From assembly GCA_963631065.1 (NCBI GenBank), contig CAVGPE010000052.1:1-49534 (forward strand): a DNA stretch of 49,534 nucleotides. Reading direction: 5' to 3'. The translations under genes were made by a program, and so were the position numbers. Below the pieces are notes generated by a model that did not search any database, had not been told where the DNA came from, and saw only the letters and a program-made list of their open reading frames with translations. Positions 19,049 through 29,509 of this stretch are shown one piece after another. How positions within the stretch are numbered: position 1 is the first letter of the stretch; each line of letters begins with the position of its first letter. This DNA is from Ruminococcus bicirculans (ex Wegman et al. 2014) (GTDB lineage Bacteria > Bacteroidota > Bacteroidia > Bacteroidales > UBA932).

Positions 19049-20521
19049 CTAAGCCGCGAGGGCCTTGCGGACTGCGGCGGCCCAGGCGGCCTTGGATTCG
19101 GCCATCCGCCGCTCCGAAGCCCTGCGGGAGAAGCGGCGCTCCGCTTCCCAATGGTCCTTGAGTTCAGCGACGGAAGTCCATATCCCGACTCCGAGACCGG
19201 CCATATACGCCGCGCCGAGACCGGTGATTTCGGTGACCTTCGGGCGTATCACCTCCGTGCCGAGTATGTCGGCCTGGAACTGCATAAGGAGGTTGTTGCG
19301 GGAGGCTCCCCCGTCGACCTTCAGCTCGGATATCAGTATCCCGGCATCCCGCTCCATCGCCGCCACTATATCCATAGTCTGGAAGGCTATCCCTTCGAGG
19401 GTGGCTCTTGCGATATGCGCCGCGCTCGACCCTCTTGTCAGTCCTACCAGCACTCCGCGCGCTTCCTGGTCCCAGTACGGAGCGCCCATTCCGGTCAGGG
19501 CGGGCACGAAATATACGCCGCCGTTGTCCGGAGCGGAAGCGGCTAGAGCTTCGACCTCGGAAGAACTCCTGATGATGCCCAGACCGTCACGGAGCCACTG
19601 CACTGCGGCCCCGGCCACGAAGATGCTTCCCTCAAGGGCATAGTCCACCCTGTCACCTATCTTCCAGGCCACAGTGGTAAGCAGCCGGTTTTCGGAAGCG
19701 ATGGGCTTGTGTCCGCAGTTCATAAGCAGGAAGCAGCCCGTGCCGTAGGTATTCTTGACCGCGCCCTCGTCTATGCACATCTGCCCGAACAGTGCGGACT
19801 GCTGGTCGCCGATGACTCCGGTGATGGGGATGCCGTGTCCGAGTACCTTGGCCTCTCCGAACGCGGCGGCGGAATCCCTCACTTCCGGCATCATCGAGAG
19901 CGGTATCCCGAACAGGCCGAGCAGTTCTTCATCCCAAGTCAATGTATTGATGTTGAAGAGCATAGTGCGCGACGCATTGGTCACGTCCGTGGCATGTACG
20001 CGCCCTGAGGTAAGATTCCATACAAGCCAGCTGTCCACCGTCCCGAACCGCAGCCGGCCTGCAGCCGCCTTGGCCTTCGCCCCCGGCACGTTGTCGAGTA
20101 TCCAGCGGATTTTGGTCGCGCTGAAGTAGGCGTCGATGATGAGTCCGGTCCTGCTCCTTATCATATCCGTAAGTCCCTTCTCCTTCAGGGAGTCGCAGAA
20201 TGCGGCGGTGCGCCTGTCCTGCCAGACGATGGCGTTGCAGATGGGACGGCCCGAGGCCGCGTCCCAGACTATGGTGGTCTCTCTCTGGTTGGCTATCCCC
20301 ATCGCGGCAATCTCCCCGTCCCTGACTTCCGAGACGGCTTCGTTCATCACCGCACGCACGGAGGAGAGTATTTCCAGCGGGTTCTGTTCCACCCACCCCT
20401 GACGCGGGAAAAGCTGCGTGAACTCCCTCCCGCAGGAATATACCGGATGTCCGGCATCGTCAAACACTATCGCCTTCGAGCTGCTGGTGCCCTGGTCGAC
20501 AGACAAGATATATCGCTTCAT
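19049..20521 (-). CDS. glpK: Glycerol kinase
   Basis: [47 protein letters not shown]. Start at MKRYIL. Confidence 0.96.
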   Translation of the reverse strand: MKRYILSVDQGTSSSKAIVFDDAGHPVYSCGREFTQLFPRQGWVEQNPLEILSSVRAVMNEAVSEVRDGEIAAMGIANQRETTIVWDAASGRPICNAIVWQDRRTAAFCDSLKEKGLTDMIRSRTGLIIDAYFSATKIRWILDNVPGAKAKAAAGRLRFGTVDSWLVWNLTSGRVHATDVTNASRTMLFNINTLTWDEELLGLFGIPLSMMPEVRDSAAAFGEAKVLGHGIPITGVIGDQQSALFGQMCIDEGAVKNTYGTGCFLLMNCGHKPIASENRLLTTVAWKIGDRVDYALEGSIFVAGAAVQWLRDGLGIIRSSSEVEALAASAPDNGGVYFVPALTGMGAPYWDQEARGVLVGLTRGSSAAHIARATLEGIAFQTMDIVAAMERDAGILISELKVDGGASRNNLLMQFQADILGTEVIRPKVTEITGLGAAYMAGLGVGIWTSVAELKDHWEAERRFSRRASERRMAESKAAWAAAVRKALAA

Positions 20522-20524
20522 AGG

Positions 20525-20555
20525 GCAAAGATAGCGCGAAAAACGGTATCTTTGC
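20525..20555. promoter_or_regulatory. Divergent pair of -7 promoter boxes (glpK and hydrolase)
   Basis: GCAAAGATA (TATCTTTGC on the minus strand) and TATCTTTGC on the plus strand, within a 55-bp intergenic region. Confidence 0.65.
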
Positions 20556-20576
20556 ACCGGACCAACAACGCTTCAG

Positions 20577-21494
20577 ATGAAATCATTCAAACTCGAATCC
20601 TCCGCCGACGGCCTCGAACTCTCCGCACTCGTCTGCGAGCCGGAGGGGAAGCCGCACGGCGTCGTGCAGCTCGTCCACGGGATGTGCGAACATAAGGAGA
20701 GATATGTGCCGTTTATGGAATTCCTCGCGTCCAAGGGCTATGTCTGCGTCATCCACGACCACCGCGGCCACGGGGAGTCGGTGAAGTCGCCGGAAGACCT
20801 CGGATATATGTATGCAGGCGGCTGGAAAGCTATGGTGGAGGATGTGAAGACGGTCGCCGACTGGGCGAAGGCGCATTATCCCGGCTTGAAATACGCCCTC
20901 TTCGGGCATAGTATGGGATCGATGGTAGTCCGCTCGTTCACAAAGCGCTACGACGATATTCCCGACTCTCTTTTCGTCTGCGGCTGTCCGAGCGACAACC
21001 CTGCCAAGGCCGCCGGCAAGCTGCTCGCGGACTTCTTTGTCCTCTTCAAAGGCGGGCACAGCCGTCCGAAACTGCTCCAGAAGCTCTCGTTCGGCACATA
21101 CAACGCCCCGTTCGCCGACGAAGGATACCCCTGCGCCTGGGTCTGCTCCGATAAGGAGACGCTCAAGGCCTACCACAGCGACCCGCTCTGCATGTTCCGC
21201 TTCACCGCCAACGGCTTCTCCAACCTGACGGCCCTGATGTCGGACTGCTATTCGCCCAAGGGGTGGAAGGTCTCCAATCCGCAGCTGCCGGTACACTTCA
21301 TCTCAGGGGCCGACGACCCTTGCCTGAGAAGCGAAGAGGCCATAGGACGGGCCGTAGCGCTGATGAAGAAAGTCGGCTACGCCCGCACCGACCTCAAGCT
21401 CTACGAGGGGATGCGCCACGAAATCCTCAACGAGACAGGCCGCCTGCAGGTATGGAACGATGTGCTTGCAACTCTGGAACGGGATGGAATATAA
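20577..21494 (+). CDS. Alpha/beta hydrolase (lysophospholipase-like)
   Basis: HGMCEH, DHRGHG, GHSMGS nucleophile motif, RHEILNE. Confidence 0.9.
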   Translation: MKSFKLESSADGLELSALVCEPEGKPHGVVQLVHGMCEHKERYVPFMEFLASKGYVCVIHDHRGHGESVKSPEDLGYMYAGGWKAMVEDVKTVADWAKAHYPGLKYALFGHSMGSMVVRSFTKRYDDIPDSLFVCGCPSDNPAKAAGKLLADFFVLFKGGHSRPKLLQKLSFGTYNAPFADEGYPCAWVCSDKETLKAYHSDPLCMFRFTANGFSNLTALMSDCYSPKGWKVSNPQLPVHFISGADDPCLRSEEAIGRAVALMKKVGYARTDLKLYEGMRHEILNETGRLQVWNDVLATLERDGI

Positions 21495-21918
21495 GGAGAA
21501 ATATATGCGTGAGGCTCTGCGCGAGGCCGCCCTCGCCGCAGAGGAGGACGAGGTGCCGGTAGGGGCCGTGGTGGTCTGCCGGGACAGAATCATCGCCAGA
21601 GGCCACAATATGACCGAGAGGCTGCACGACCCCACCGCGCACGCTGAGATGATAGCCCTCACCGCCGCCACAGAGGCGCTCGGAGGCAAATATCTGGACG
21701 ACTGCACGCTCTATGTCACGGTGGAACCCTGCCCGATGTGCGCCGCCGCCCTCTGCTGGGCCAAGCTCGGACATCTGGTCTACGGGGCTTCCGACCCCAA
21801 GCGGGGATTTTCTCTCTTCTCCCCCTCCCTGCTCCACCCCAAAACGGAGACCGAGAGCGGAATACTTGCCGGAGAATGCTCCTCGGCCATAAGCGGATAT
21901 TTCAAAAACAAGAGATAA
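21484..21918 (+). CDS. tadA: tRNA adenosine deaminase TadA-family protein
   Basis: EVPVGAVVV, PTAHAE, TVEPCPMC. Confidence 0.85.
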   Translation: MEYKEKYMREALREAALAAEEDEVPVGAVVVCRDRIIARGHNMTERLHDPTAHAEMIALTAATEALGGKYLDDCTLYVTVEPCPMCAAALCWAKLGHLVYGASDPKRGFSLFSPSLLHPKTETESGILAGECSSAISGYFKNKR

Positions 21919-21941
21919 TTGCTACCTTTGCAGCCCGGAAT

Positions 21942-22012
21942 TGAGGTATGGTGTAATGGTAGCACTACAGATTTTGGTTCTGTCTGCCCAGGTTCGAATC
22001 CTGGTACCTCAA
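21942..22012 (+). tRNA. tRNA-Gln (TTG)
   Basis: TGAGGTATGGTGTAATGGTAGCACTACAGATTTTGGTTCTGTCTGCCCAGGTTCGAATCCTGGTACCTCAA. A TACCTTTG promoter box lies at 21923-21930. Confidence 0.95.
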
Positions 22013-22025
22013 CGGCTTCCAAAAC

Positions 22026-22057
22026 GAACAGCCTGCGGAAATCTCCGCAGGCTGTTC
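22026..22057. terminator. Bidirectional terminator between tRNA-Gln and infB
   Basis: GAACAGCCTGCGGA-AATC-TCCGCAGGCTGTTC, a perfect 14-bp stem. Confidence 0.85.
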
Positions 22058-22077
22058 TCTTAACATATTATCCCCGA

Positions 22078-24918
22078 TTACAGCGTCCTCTTGACCTCCA
22101 CAATCTGGAAAGCCTCGATGATGTCGCCCTCCTTGATGTCGTTGTATCCGGCTATGGCCATACCGCACTCCTTGCCGGCGATGACTTCCTTGACGGAGTC
22201 CTTGCCTATCTGGAGAGAGCCTAGCTCGCCGGTATAGATGACGATGCCCTCGCGGATCAGGCGCACCTTGGACTTCTGCACCATCTTGCCGTCCCGGACG
22301 AGACAGCCGGCGATGGTGCCGACCTTGCTGATGCGGAAGGTCTGCTTGACCTCGGCGGCGGCCGTAATCTCCTCCTTCTTCTCCGGCTCAAGCATACCCT
22401 CGATACCGTCCTTGACCTCGTTGATGCAGTCGTAGATTACGGAATAGAGGCGGATTTCGATGCCCTCCCGCTCCGCAGCCTTGCGCGCTTCCACGGTAGG
22501 ACGCACCTGAAAGCCCACTATCACCGCATCGGAAGCCTCCGCAAGCAAAACGTCGGACTCGGAAATCCCTCCGACAGCCTTGTGGATTACATTGACCTTG
22601 ACCTCCTCGGTGGAGAGCTTGATGAGGGAATCGGAGAGCGCCTCCACAGAACCGTCCACGTCGCCCTTGACGATGATGTTGAGTTCCTTGAAGTTGCCTA
22701 TCGCGATACGGCGGCCTATCTCCTCGAGAGTCATATGCTTCTGGGTCTTGATGCCCTGTATGCGGAGCAGCTGCTCGCGCTTGTTGGCTATGTTCTTGGC
22801 CTCCTTCTCGTCAGAGAGTACGTTGAACTTCTCGCCCGCAGCCGGAGCCCCGTTCAGACCGAGGACGGACACAGGGGTGGAAGGCCCCGCCGCCATAACC
22901 TTCTGGCCGCGCTCGTTGAACATAGACTTGATTCTGCCGTAATAGCTGCCGCAGAGCATCACGTCTCCCTGATGCAGAGTACCCTCCTGCACAAGCACCG
23001 TGGCAAGGTAGCCGCGGCCCTTGTCGAGGGACGACTCGATGACGGCTCCCAGCGCGAGCTTGTCCGGATTGGCCTTGAGGTCGAGAAGGTCGGTCTCAAG
23101 CAGCACCTTTTCAAGCAGTTTGTCGACATTGAGCCCCTGCTTCGCGGAAATCTCCTGACACTGGTACTTTCCGCCCCAGTCCTCCACGAGGATGTTCATC
23201 TCGGAAAGCTGTCTCCGAATCTTCTCCGGGTCGGCTCCCGGCTTATCTATCTTATTGATGGCGAATACCATCGGCACATTCGCGGCCTGAGCGTGGTTGA
23301 TGGCCTCTATGGTCTGCGGCATCACCGCGTCATCTGCAGCCACTATGATGATGGCAAGGTCGGTGAGCTGCGCTCCGCGCGCACGCATCGCCGTGAACGC
23401 CTCGTGTCCCGGGGTGTCGAGGAAAGTGATGCGGCGGCCGTCGGAGAGTTCCACATTATATGCTCCGATATGCTGGGTGATGCCTCCGGCCTCGCCCGCA
23501 ATCACATTGGACTTGCGGATATAGTCGAGCAGGGAGGTCTTGCCGTGGTCGACGTGTCCCATCACGGTGATGATAGGCGGTCTCGGCACGAGGTCCTCCG
23601 GACGGTCGCTCTGCTCCGAATGGCTGATCTCCTCCGTGATGTCCGCAGTCACGAACTCCACCTTGTAGCCGAACTCCTCCGCCACCAGCACCAGAGTCTC
23701 GGCGTCGAGCCTCTGATTGATGGACACCATCAGGCCGAGGCTCATACAGGCCCCGATGACCTTCACGACAGGCATATTGTTCATCAGGGTCGCGAGGTCG
23801 TTGACGGTCACGAACTCCGTTACCTTCAGCACCTTCTTGTCGGCTGCGGCCTCCGCTATCTCCTCCTGCGTACGCTGGGCGGCAGCTTCGCGCTTCTCCT
23901 TGCGGTACTTAGCGCCGAAGTTGTTTTTCTTGCCCTCGTTCATCTTGGCGTAGGTCTCCTTGACCTGCTTCTGTATCTCCTTCTGAAGCTCCTCCTGCTC
24001 AGTCTCGCTCAGAGCCGGCTTGAAGCGGTCGCGCCTGCGGCCCTTGCCCTGGGTCTGCTGCTGGGACTGCTGCTGGGCCGGACGGCGGGAATTGTTGTTG
24101 CCTCCGTCCTTTTTCGGGGACTTCTCGATATGCTCCCCGGCTTTCGCCACGTCCACTTTTCTGGTTCCCTTGCTGATGCGCTCGCGCTTCTTGGCAGGCT
24201 TGCGGTCGAACTGGCTGAGGTCAATCTTGCCGACCACCTTCAGCGACACTCCACCCGCTGCGGCGGCAGCTGTCCCGACCGTCTCCGCCGGTTCAGGCGC
24301 AGGTGAAGGGACGCTCTCCTCCTCTCCGGAAGGAATCCCGTCCGGGGTCTCAGGAGCAGGTTCCTCGCTTACCTCCGGCTCTGCCTTCAGCGGAGAAGGC
24401 TCCGGAGAATATTCTTCGGTCTTCTCCTCAGACACCGGCCCGGCCGGGGCCTCAGATACGGACTCGGGAGCATATTTCGGTTCGGGGGCGGTGACCGCCG
24501 TTTCCGGGACCGCCGTTTCGATGGCGGCGGGTTTCACCTCCGGGGTCTCCGACTTTTCCTGCGGCTTCTCCTCCGCGACGGCGGCAGGCTTGGGGGCAGG
24601 CTGCTCCTTCTTCGTATTGAAGAAAGTATTGCTCTTGATGACCGTCTCGTGCTCTTCTTCTTCCTCCTCTTCTTCGGCCCTCGTCCTGCGTCCGCTCTTC
24701 TCGATGATTTCCGTAATCTTGATGTCCACCTTGTCGGCGGCCTGCTTCATCTCAAGATCCTTTCCGAACTGACGGGAAATGGCGGGAAGGTATTCGTCGG
24801 ATATCTTCCCGTTGGGGTTGGCGTCGACCTCGACCCCTATCTTGTGGAGAAAGCCCACGAGATCGTCGAGACCGATGTTGTATTGTCTGATTATCTTATT
24901 TAGTCTGATTTCTGCCAT
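22078..24918 (-). CDS. infB: Translation initiation factor IF-2
   Basis: [21 protein letters not shown], and a long acidic Pro-rich N-terminal region. Confidence 0.97.
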   Translation of the reverse strand: MAEIRLNKIIRQYNIGLDDLVGFLHKIGVEVDANPNGKISDEYLPAISRQFGKDLEMKQAADKVDIKITEIIEKSGRRTRAEEEEEEEEHETVIKSNTFFNTKKEQPAPKPAAVAEEKPQEKSETPEVKPAAIETAVPETAVTAPEPKYAPESVSEAPAGPVSEEKTEEYSPEPSPLKAEPEVSEEPAPETPDGIPSGEEESVPSPAPEPAETVGTAAAAAGGVSLKVVGKIDLSQFDRKPAKKRERISKGTRKVDVAKAGEHIEKSPKKDGGNNNSRRPAQQQSQQQTQGKGRRRDRFKPALSETEQEELQKEIQKQVKETYAKMNEGKKNNFGAKYRKEKREAAAQRTQEEIAEAAADKKVLKVTEFVTVNDLATLMNNMPVVKVIGACMSLGLMVSINQRLDAETLVLVAEEFGYKVEFVTADITEEISHSEQSDRPEDLVPRPPIITVMGHVDHGKTSLLDYIRKSNVIAGEAGGITQHIGAYNVELSDGRRITFLDTPGHEAFTAMRARGAQLTDLAIIIVAADDAVMPQTIEAINHAQAANVPMVFAINKIDKPGADPEKIRRQLSEMNILVEDWGGKYQCQEISAKQGLNVDKLLEKVLLETDLLDLKANPDKLALGAVIESSLDKGRGYLATVLVQEGTLHQGDVMLCGSYYGRIKSMFNERGQKVMAAGPSTPVSVLGLNGAPAAGEKFNVLSDEKEAKNIANKREQLLRIQGIKTQKHMTLEEIGRRIAIGNFKELNIIVKGDVDGSVEALSDSLIKLSTEEVKVNVIHKAVGGISESDVLLAEASDAVIVGFQVRPTVEARKAAEREGIEIRLYSVIYDCINEVKDGIEGMLEPEKKEEITAAAEVKQTFRISKVGTIAGCLVRDGKMVQKSKVRLIREGIVIYTGELGSLQIGKDSVKEVIAGKECGMAIAGYNDIKEGDIIEAFQIVEVKRTL

Positions 24919-24920
24919 TC

Positions 24921-26189
24921 TCAATCCTCGAATTCTGCTTTTAATACATTAACGACATCCGCAACAGTCTCATCCTCAAGGTCAGCCCTCTTGGCTATAT
25001 CCTCCGGAGCGAGAGCAAGCACGCTCTTGGCCGTATCGCAGCCGATGGATTCGAGACGGTCTATTATCCACTGGTCGATGACATCGGAGAATTCGCTGAG
25101 AAGTACATCCTCTTCCTCGGCCTCCTCGCCCTTGGGAAGTTCCCTGTAAACCTCTATCTCGCGGCCAACGAGCATACCGGCGAGCTGGATGTTGACTCCG
25201 TGCCGCCCTATGCCCTTGCTCACCTGGTCAGGCTGCATAAACACCTTGACCTTGTCCTCCGGATTGTCGGACATCTCGATATACGAAACGACGGCGGGGT
25301 TGAGGGCGCGCTGAATCATCAGCTTAGGGTTCTGCGACCACTGGATTACGTCGATATTCTCGTTGCGGAGCTCGCGGACGATACCCATAATGCGGCCTCC
25401 CTTCACTCCGATGCAGGCCCCGATAGGGTCGATGCGGTCATCGTAAGACTCAACGGCGACCTTGGCGCGCTCGCCCGGCACGCGGACAACCTTCTTGACC
25501 GTGATCAGTCCGTCGGCTATCTCCGGCACCTCCTGTTCGAAAAGTCTTTCGAGGAATTCGTTGGACACCCTGCTCAGGGTGATGTACGGAGTCGTGTTGT
25601 TCTTCATCTCCACGCTCTTGATTATCGCGCGGACGGAGTCGCTCTTCTTGAACCTCTCGCCCGGAATCTGCTCCGCCTTCGGAATGTGGAGTTCGTTGCC
25701 GTCCTCATCGAGGATAAGCACCTCCTTGGACCAGGTCTGATAGATTTCGCCGTAGAAGAGTTCCCCGACCTTCTCGGAGTATTTCTTGAACACGTTGGCT
25801 TTCTCTATGTCCATAATGCGGCCCTGGAGATTCTGCCTGATATTGAGAATCCCGCGCCTGCCGAAAGCCGCGAGCGGCAGCCTCTTGGAATACTGGTCGC
25901 CGACCTCGTAGTCATCGGCGTCGCCGCCGTCTTCGCGGATGCCGTCGAGGGTTATCTCGGAATTGGGATTCTCCACCTCCTCCACGACATCGAAGTTCTG
26001 ATAGATTTCGCAGGTCCCCTTGTCCACATTGACAATCACGTCAAAGTTGTCAGACGAGCCGTAGGTCTTGGCTATCTGGGTAAGGAACACGTCCTTGAGC
26101 ACCTGCATCATAACCGGGCGGTCAATGTTCTTCTCTTCCTTGAAGTCCTTGAACGCATCGATCAGCGTAATCACTTTTTCCTTTTCCAT
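24921..26189 (-). CDS. nusA: Transcription termination/antitermination factor NusA
   Basis: S1 and KH domains ([23 protein letters not shown]). Confidence 0.96.
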   Translation of the reverse strand: MEKEKVITLIDAFKDFKEEKNIDRPVMMQVLKDVFLTQIAKTYGSSDNFDVIVNVDKGTCEIYQNFDVVEEVENPNSEITLDGIREDGGDADDYEVGDQYSKRLPLAAFGRRGILNIRQNLQGRIMDIEKANVFKKYSEKVGELFYGEIYQTWSKEVLILDEDGNELHIPKAEQIPGERFKKSDSVRAIIKSVEMKNNTTPYITLSRVSNEFLERLFEQEVPEIADGLITVKKVVRVPGERAKVAVESYDDRIDPIGACIGVKGGRIMGIVRELRNENIDVIQWSQNPKLMIQRALNPAVVSYIEMSDNPEDKVKVFMQPDQVSKGIGRHGVNIQLAGMLVGREIEVYRELPKGEEAEEEDVLLSEFSDVIDQWIIDRLESIGCDTAKSVLALAPEDIAKRADLEDETVADVVNVLKAEFED

Positions 26190-26209
26190 TTCGGTATATC
26201 TTCTATTCT

Positions 26210-26394
26210 CAAGTTTCGCAAGTAATAAAATTTATTGTAAAATAAGCATTGTGCAGGTACTTGCAAAACTTTTCCCTCCCGCACAAGCTTCGCTTATTGT
26301 TATTACGTCACCCTTTCCCTAAATCCCTTTCCTCGGGAAAGGGACTTACTTTCGGCCCTGCGGGCCTCTAAAACTGTGTTTCGCAAGTGCGAAA
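26210..26394. mobile_element. Structured ~185-bp MITE/REP-like insertion between rimP and nusA
   Basis: Flanked by the 10-bp direct repeat CTTCTATTCT (26200-26209 and 26395-26404). Ends are AAGTTTCGCA/TGCGAAACTT, there are several internal hairpins, and a 48-bp part recurs at 42124-42171. Confidence 0.55.
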
Positions 26395-26397
26395 CTT

Positions 26398-26670
26398 CTA
26401 TTCTTTTATTGATTTCAGCATCTCGTCCGCTTCGGCGGCGTCCATCCCGGCGGAGCCGACCGTCAGCGCGTAATCCTCGACATTGCGGTCAAAGGCCGCA
26501 AGCACGGCACGGTGCACATATTCGCAGTCGGAAAGGTCGACGTTGCCACCCTCCTTCGATATGACGACCTCGAAGATGTTGTCGTCATCGTCAAACTTCA
26601 GCTCCACGAGCGAGCAGCCGCGCTCCCCCACAGCCGTGTCCACAACATTCTGAAACTTCTCTCTGTCCAT
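26398..26670 (-). CDS. rimP: Ribosome maturation factor RimP-like protein (N-terminal domain only)
   Basis: VDLSDCEYVHR...EDYALTVGSAG, directly upstream of nusA-infB. Only about 90 aa. Confidence 0.8.
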   Translation of the reverse strand: MDREKFQNVVDTAVGERGCSLVELKFDDDDNIFEVVISKEGGNVDLSDCEYVHRAVLAAFDRNVEDYALTVGSAGMDAAEADEMLKSIKE

Positions 26671-26678
26671 ATGCATTC

Positions 26679-26711
26679 AAAAAAAATAAAGGAAGACCGC
26701 CCCGGCCTTCC
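26679..26711 (-). terminator. Leader terminator/attenuator upstream of rimP-nusA-infB
   Basis: Minus strand GGAAGGCC-GGGGC-GGTCTTCC-TTTATTTTTTTT, between the TATATTTG box (26726-26733) and the rimP start. Confidence 0.65.
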
Positions 26712-26769
26712 ATCTCGTTCACGGTGCAAATATAGGAAAATTTTGTAATTTTGCCAAAATTAATGTTTT

Positions 26770-27186
26770 ATGCACAGAATTATCAGAACCGCCGCCGTTC
26801 TGCTCACGGGGATTCTCGCGCTGGGCGCGTGCAGCCTCGACAAACCGCAGAACTATACCTTCTCCTACTCCCTCTACTATGCCGTGGCGGAGGAAGACAC
26901 GCAGAAGGCAGTAGTCGAATACTTCAAGGAGAAGATAGACTTCAGCCGGACCTTCCAGATATACGGAGAGCAGTATGAAGTCCTGACTCAGGCCAACGAG
27001 AAGTTTCTCGAAGACATCAAGGTCATAAAGAACGAGGAAGTGCTCGAACTGCTCGGAGAGAACGACTTCGCACAGATGAACCTCAATATGGCATCGTCGA
27101 AAGGGTCCTCAGGCGCGGTGAGCTCGGTATATTGGTTCCACGAGAAGAACGGGGACGGCTCCGACGGGAACGATTCTACAGAATGA
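26770..27186 (+). CDS. Hypothetical lipoprotein
   Basis: Lipobox LALGAC. A TAATTTTG promoter box lies at 26746-26753. Confidence 0.7.
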   Translation: MHRIIRTAAVLLTGILALGACSLDKPQNYTFSYSLYYAVAEEDTQKAVVEYFKEKIDFSRTFQIYGEQYEVLTQANEKFLEDIKVIKNEEVLELLGENDFAQMNLNMASSKGSSGAVSSVYWFHEKNGDGSDGNDSTE

Positions 27187-27769
27187 AGTCCAGGGACGAG
27201 GGGCCCTCGTTGAAGACCAGATCCATCACGGAGAGATTGCCCTTGAATCCCATCTTATCAGCAAATACTTGATAATAAGGTCTTTCCAATCCAAGTTCGC
27301 GCAGGATTGAGTCAGGCCTTTTAGGATGTATGTCGTAGTCCGGGCCGACATATTCAGAAGTTTCCCTCAATTCCGCGGTCAGTCCTATCCTGTCCATAAA
27401 AAACCGTATAATGCGCATATCGAGTTCCCATAGAGTCCGCGGGTGTGAATCCAGAATCGCGAACAGCCCGTCGCGGTAATAGTCGAAGAACGCGGAGGAG
27501 CGGTAGGCCGTGTCGATGCAGCGCTCGGTCTTCGCGACCCACGGGGTCGAATAATCCACCTCCACTTCCTTTATCGGGATGGATATGGAGCCTTCCCTGT
27601 GCCGTACCGGGAAACTGAGGGACTGCACGCCGTCGGAAGCGTAGAATCTGCAGCGGTTGCGATAGGACTGCTTCTGATAGTTCTCGCAGGCCTCGATATA
27701 AACCAAAGAATACTTTGCGAGCAGGGCAAAGTATTCTATAGGAGGGAAATATGCTATCGTCAGGGTCAC
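27176..27769 (-). CDS. WbqC-family protein
   Basis: YFPPIEYF, ENYQKQSYRNR, YYQVF, LSVMDLVFNEGP. GTG start abuts the lpxA stop. Confidence 0.88.
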   Translation of the reverse strand: MTLTIAYFPPIEYFALLAKYSLVYIEACENYQKQSYRNRCRFYASDGVQSLSFPVRHREGSISIPIKEVEVDYSTPWVAKTERCIDTAYRSSAFFDYYRDGLFAILDSHPRTLWELDMRIIRFFMDRIGLTAELRETSEYVGPDYDIHPKRPDSILRELGLERPYYQVFADKMGFKGNLSVMDLVFNEGPSSLDFIL

Positions 27770-28582
27770 CTACTCGATGATTCCCTTGGAAGAGGAGTCA
27801 CTCGCACGGACAATACCGCGCTTGGAATTCCTGATGAAATCGAGGATGTTGTCCCGCTCTTCGGACGGAGGGAAGCCGGCCTCCACTTTGGCGCATCCGT
27901 CGGAGAAGTTGAAGCCCTGATAGTATATCGTGTCGTATATGTCCTTGATGTTGCGGATGGTGTCGGAGTCGAAGCCGCGCCTGCGAAGCCCCACGATATT
28001 GATTCCGGCATAGCAGATAGGGGTGCGCCCGCAGATGGAATACGGAGGTATGTCCTTGTTGACCGCAGAGCAGCCGCCCACCATAGCGTGCGTCCCGATG
28101 TGGGAGAACTGATGCACGGCGGTATTGCCACCGATGATGGCCCAGTCATCCACATCCGTCTCTCCGGCTATGCCGACATAGCTGACGAGAATGCAGTGGT
28201 TGCCGACCCGGCAGTCGTGTGCCACGTGCACATAGGACATTATCAGAGTGTTATTGCCGATTTTCGTAACACCCTTGCCGCTGGCCTTGGTACCCCTGTT
28301 GATTGTGGCGCACTCGCGTATCGTGACATAGTCCCCGATTTCAACATAAGTGACTTCTCCGTCGAACTTGAGGTCCTGAGGCACTCCGCCAACTACCGCT
28401 CCCGGGAACACCGAGCAATGGCTGCCCATCTTCACATACGGGAAGATGTTGGCGTGGGGATAAATCTTGCAGTTGTCGCCTATCTCGACATTGTCGTCTA
28501 TGAAGGCGTAAGGCCCTACTTCTACGTTGTCGCCAAGTTTTGCATTTGCGCTTACGGTCGCAAGCGGATGAATTTTAACCAT
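27770..28582 (-). CDS. lpxA: UDP-N-acetylglucosamine O-acyltransferase
   Basis: Hexapeptide repeats, PQDLKF, HVAHDC, VHQF, GLRRRGF. Confidence 0.96.
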   Translation of the reverse strand: MVKIHPLATVSANAKLGDNVEVGPYAFIDDNVEIGDNCKIYPHANIFPYVKMGSHCSVFPGAVVGGVPQDLKFDGEVTYVEIGDYVTIRECATINRGTKASGKGVTKIGNNTLIMSYVHVAHDCRVGNHCILVSYVGIAGETDVDDWAIIGGNTAVHQFSHIGTHAMVGGCSAVNKDIPPYSICGRTPICYAGINIVGLRRRGFDSDTIRNIKDIYDTIYYQGFNFSDGCAKVEAGFPPSEERDNILDFIRNSKRGIVRASDSSSKGIIE

Positions 28583-28584
28583 AA

Positions 28585-29484
28585 TTACTTGATTTTTTCC
28601 ATTACGGCCGCTGCTGCGGCGCTGTTGATTTTATGGCCTGGTTTGTACGCGCTTATATTCGCCCGCAGGTATCCGCCCACGAGTCTCATATCCCCTATGA
28701 GGTCGAGCAGCTTGTGCCGCCCGCATTCGTTGGGGAAGTGAAGTTTAAGATTGCTGAGGTATCCCTTGTCGGTCACGGACAGTCTCGGCTGCCCGAAGAT
28801 GGAACACATACTGTTTACCTGCTCCTCCGTGACCGGATGCTCCACGATGACTATCGCGTTGTCCACGTCTCCGCCCTTGATGAGGCCGCCCGCCGCAAGG
28901 ACTTCGAGTTCGTGGAAGAAACAGAAAGTACGGCAGGGGGCTATCTGCCCGACATAGTCGGCATTCTCGCTCCAATGTGCGCTCTGCACTCCCAATACCC
29001 GGGAAGCGAAATCCACCGTCACGTCATAGGAGAGACTGTCGGCGGGGGATATCTTCACCCACGAGCCGGTCTTTTCGTCCCTGATTTCCACCTCTTCCTT
29101 CACCGTGATATATTTCCTTTCGGCAGACTGCTCCTGAAGTCCGTCCGGCGCTATCGCCCTAACATAGCACTCCGCGCTGCCGTCGAGTATGGGAACTTCC
29201 AGATTGTCGACTTTCAGCAGGGCGTTGTCTATCCCGAGTCCCGTAAGGGCCGAAAGCAGATGCTCTATGGTGACCACCGAGGCCTCCCCTTCGGAGATGG
29301 TGGTACTTCTGTCCGTACGGCTCACCTTGGTGGCAAGCGCAGGGATTTCCACATTCAAATCGGTGCGAAGAAAGCGTATTCCAAAATTCTCCGGGGCGGG
29401 ACAAATCGTCAAATGTGCGTAACGTCCTGTGTGAAGCCCTCTTCCCTCGAAATTGTATTCTCTTTTAACTGTCTGTTGATTCAT
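28585..29484 (-). CDS. lpxC: UDP-3-O-acyl-GlcNAc deacetylase (stand-alone, no FabZ domain)
   Basis: GRGLHTG, TIEHLLSAL, PILDGS, CRTFCF, HKLLDLIGD, KPGHKIN. Start at MNQQT, after a TATCTTTGC box at 29491-29499. Confidence 0.93.
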   Translation of the reverse strand: MNQQTVKREYNFEGRGLHTGRYAHLTICPAPENFGIRFLRTDLNVEIPALATKVSRTDRSTTISEGEASVVTIEHLLSALTGLGIDNALLKVDNLEVPILDGSAECYVRAIAPDGLQEQSAERKYITVKEEVEIRDEKTGSWVKISPADSLSYDVTVDFASRVLGVQSAHWSENADYVGQIAPCRTFCFFHELEVLAAGGLIKGGDVDNAIVIVEHPVTEEQVNSMCSIFGQPRLSVTDKGYLSNLKLHFPNECGRHKLLDLIGDMRLVGGYLRANISAYKPGHKINSAAAAAVMEKIK

Positions 29485-29509
29485 TGGGGTGCAAAGATAG
29501 AAAAAATTT

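Noticed and set aside
21484..22012. tadA directly upstream of a tRNA as a functional pair
   Set aside because: The tRNA is Gln(TTG), not the TadA substrate Arg(ACG), and it has its own promoter box.
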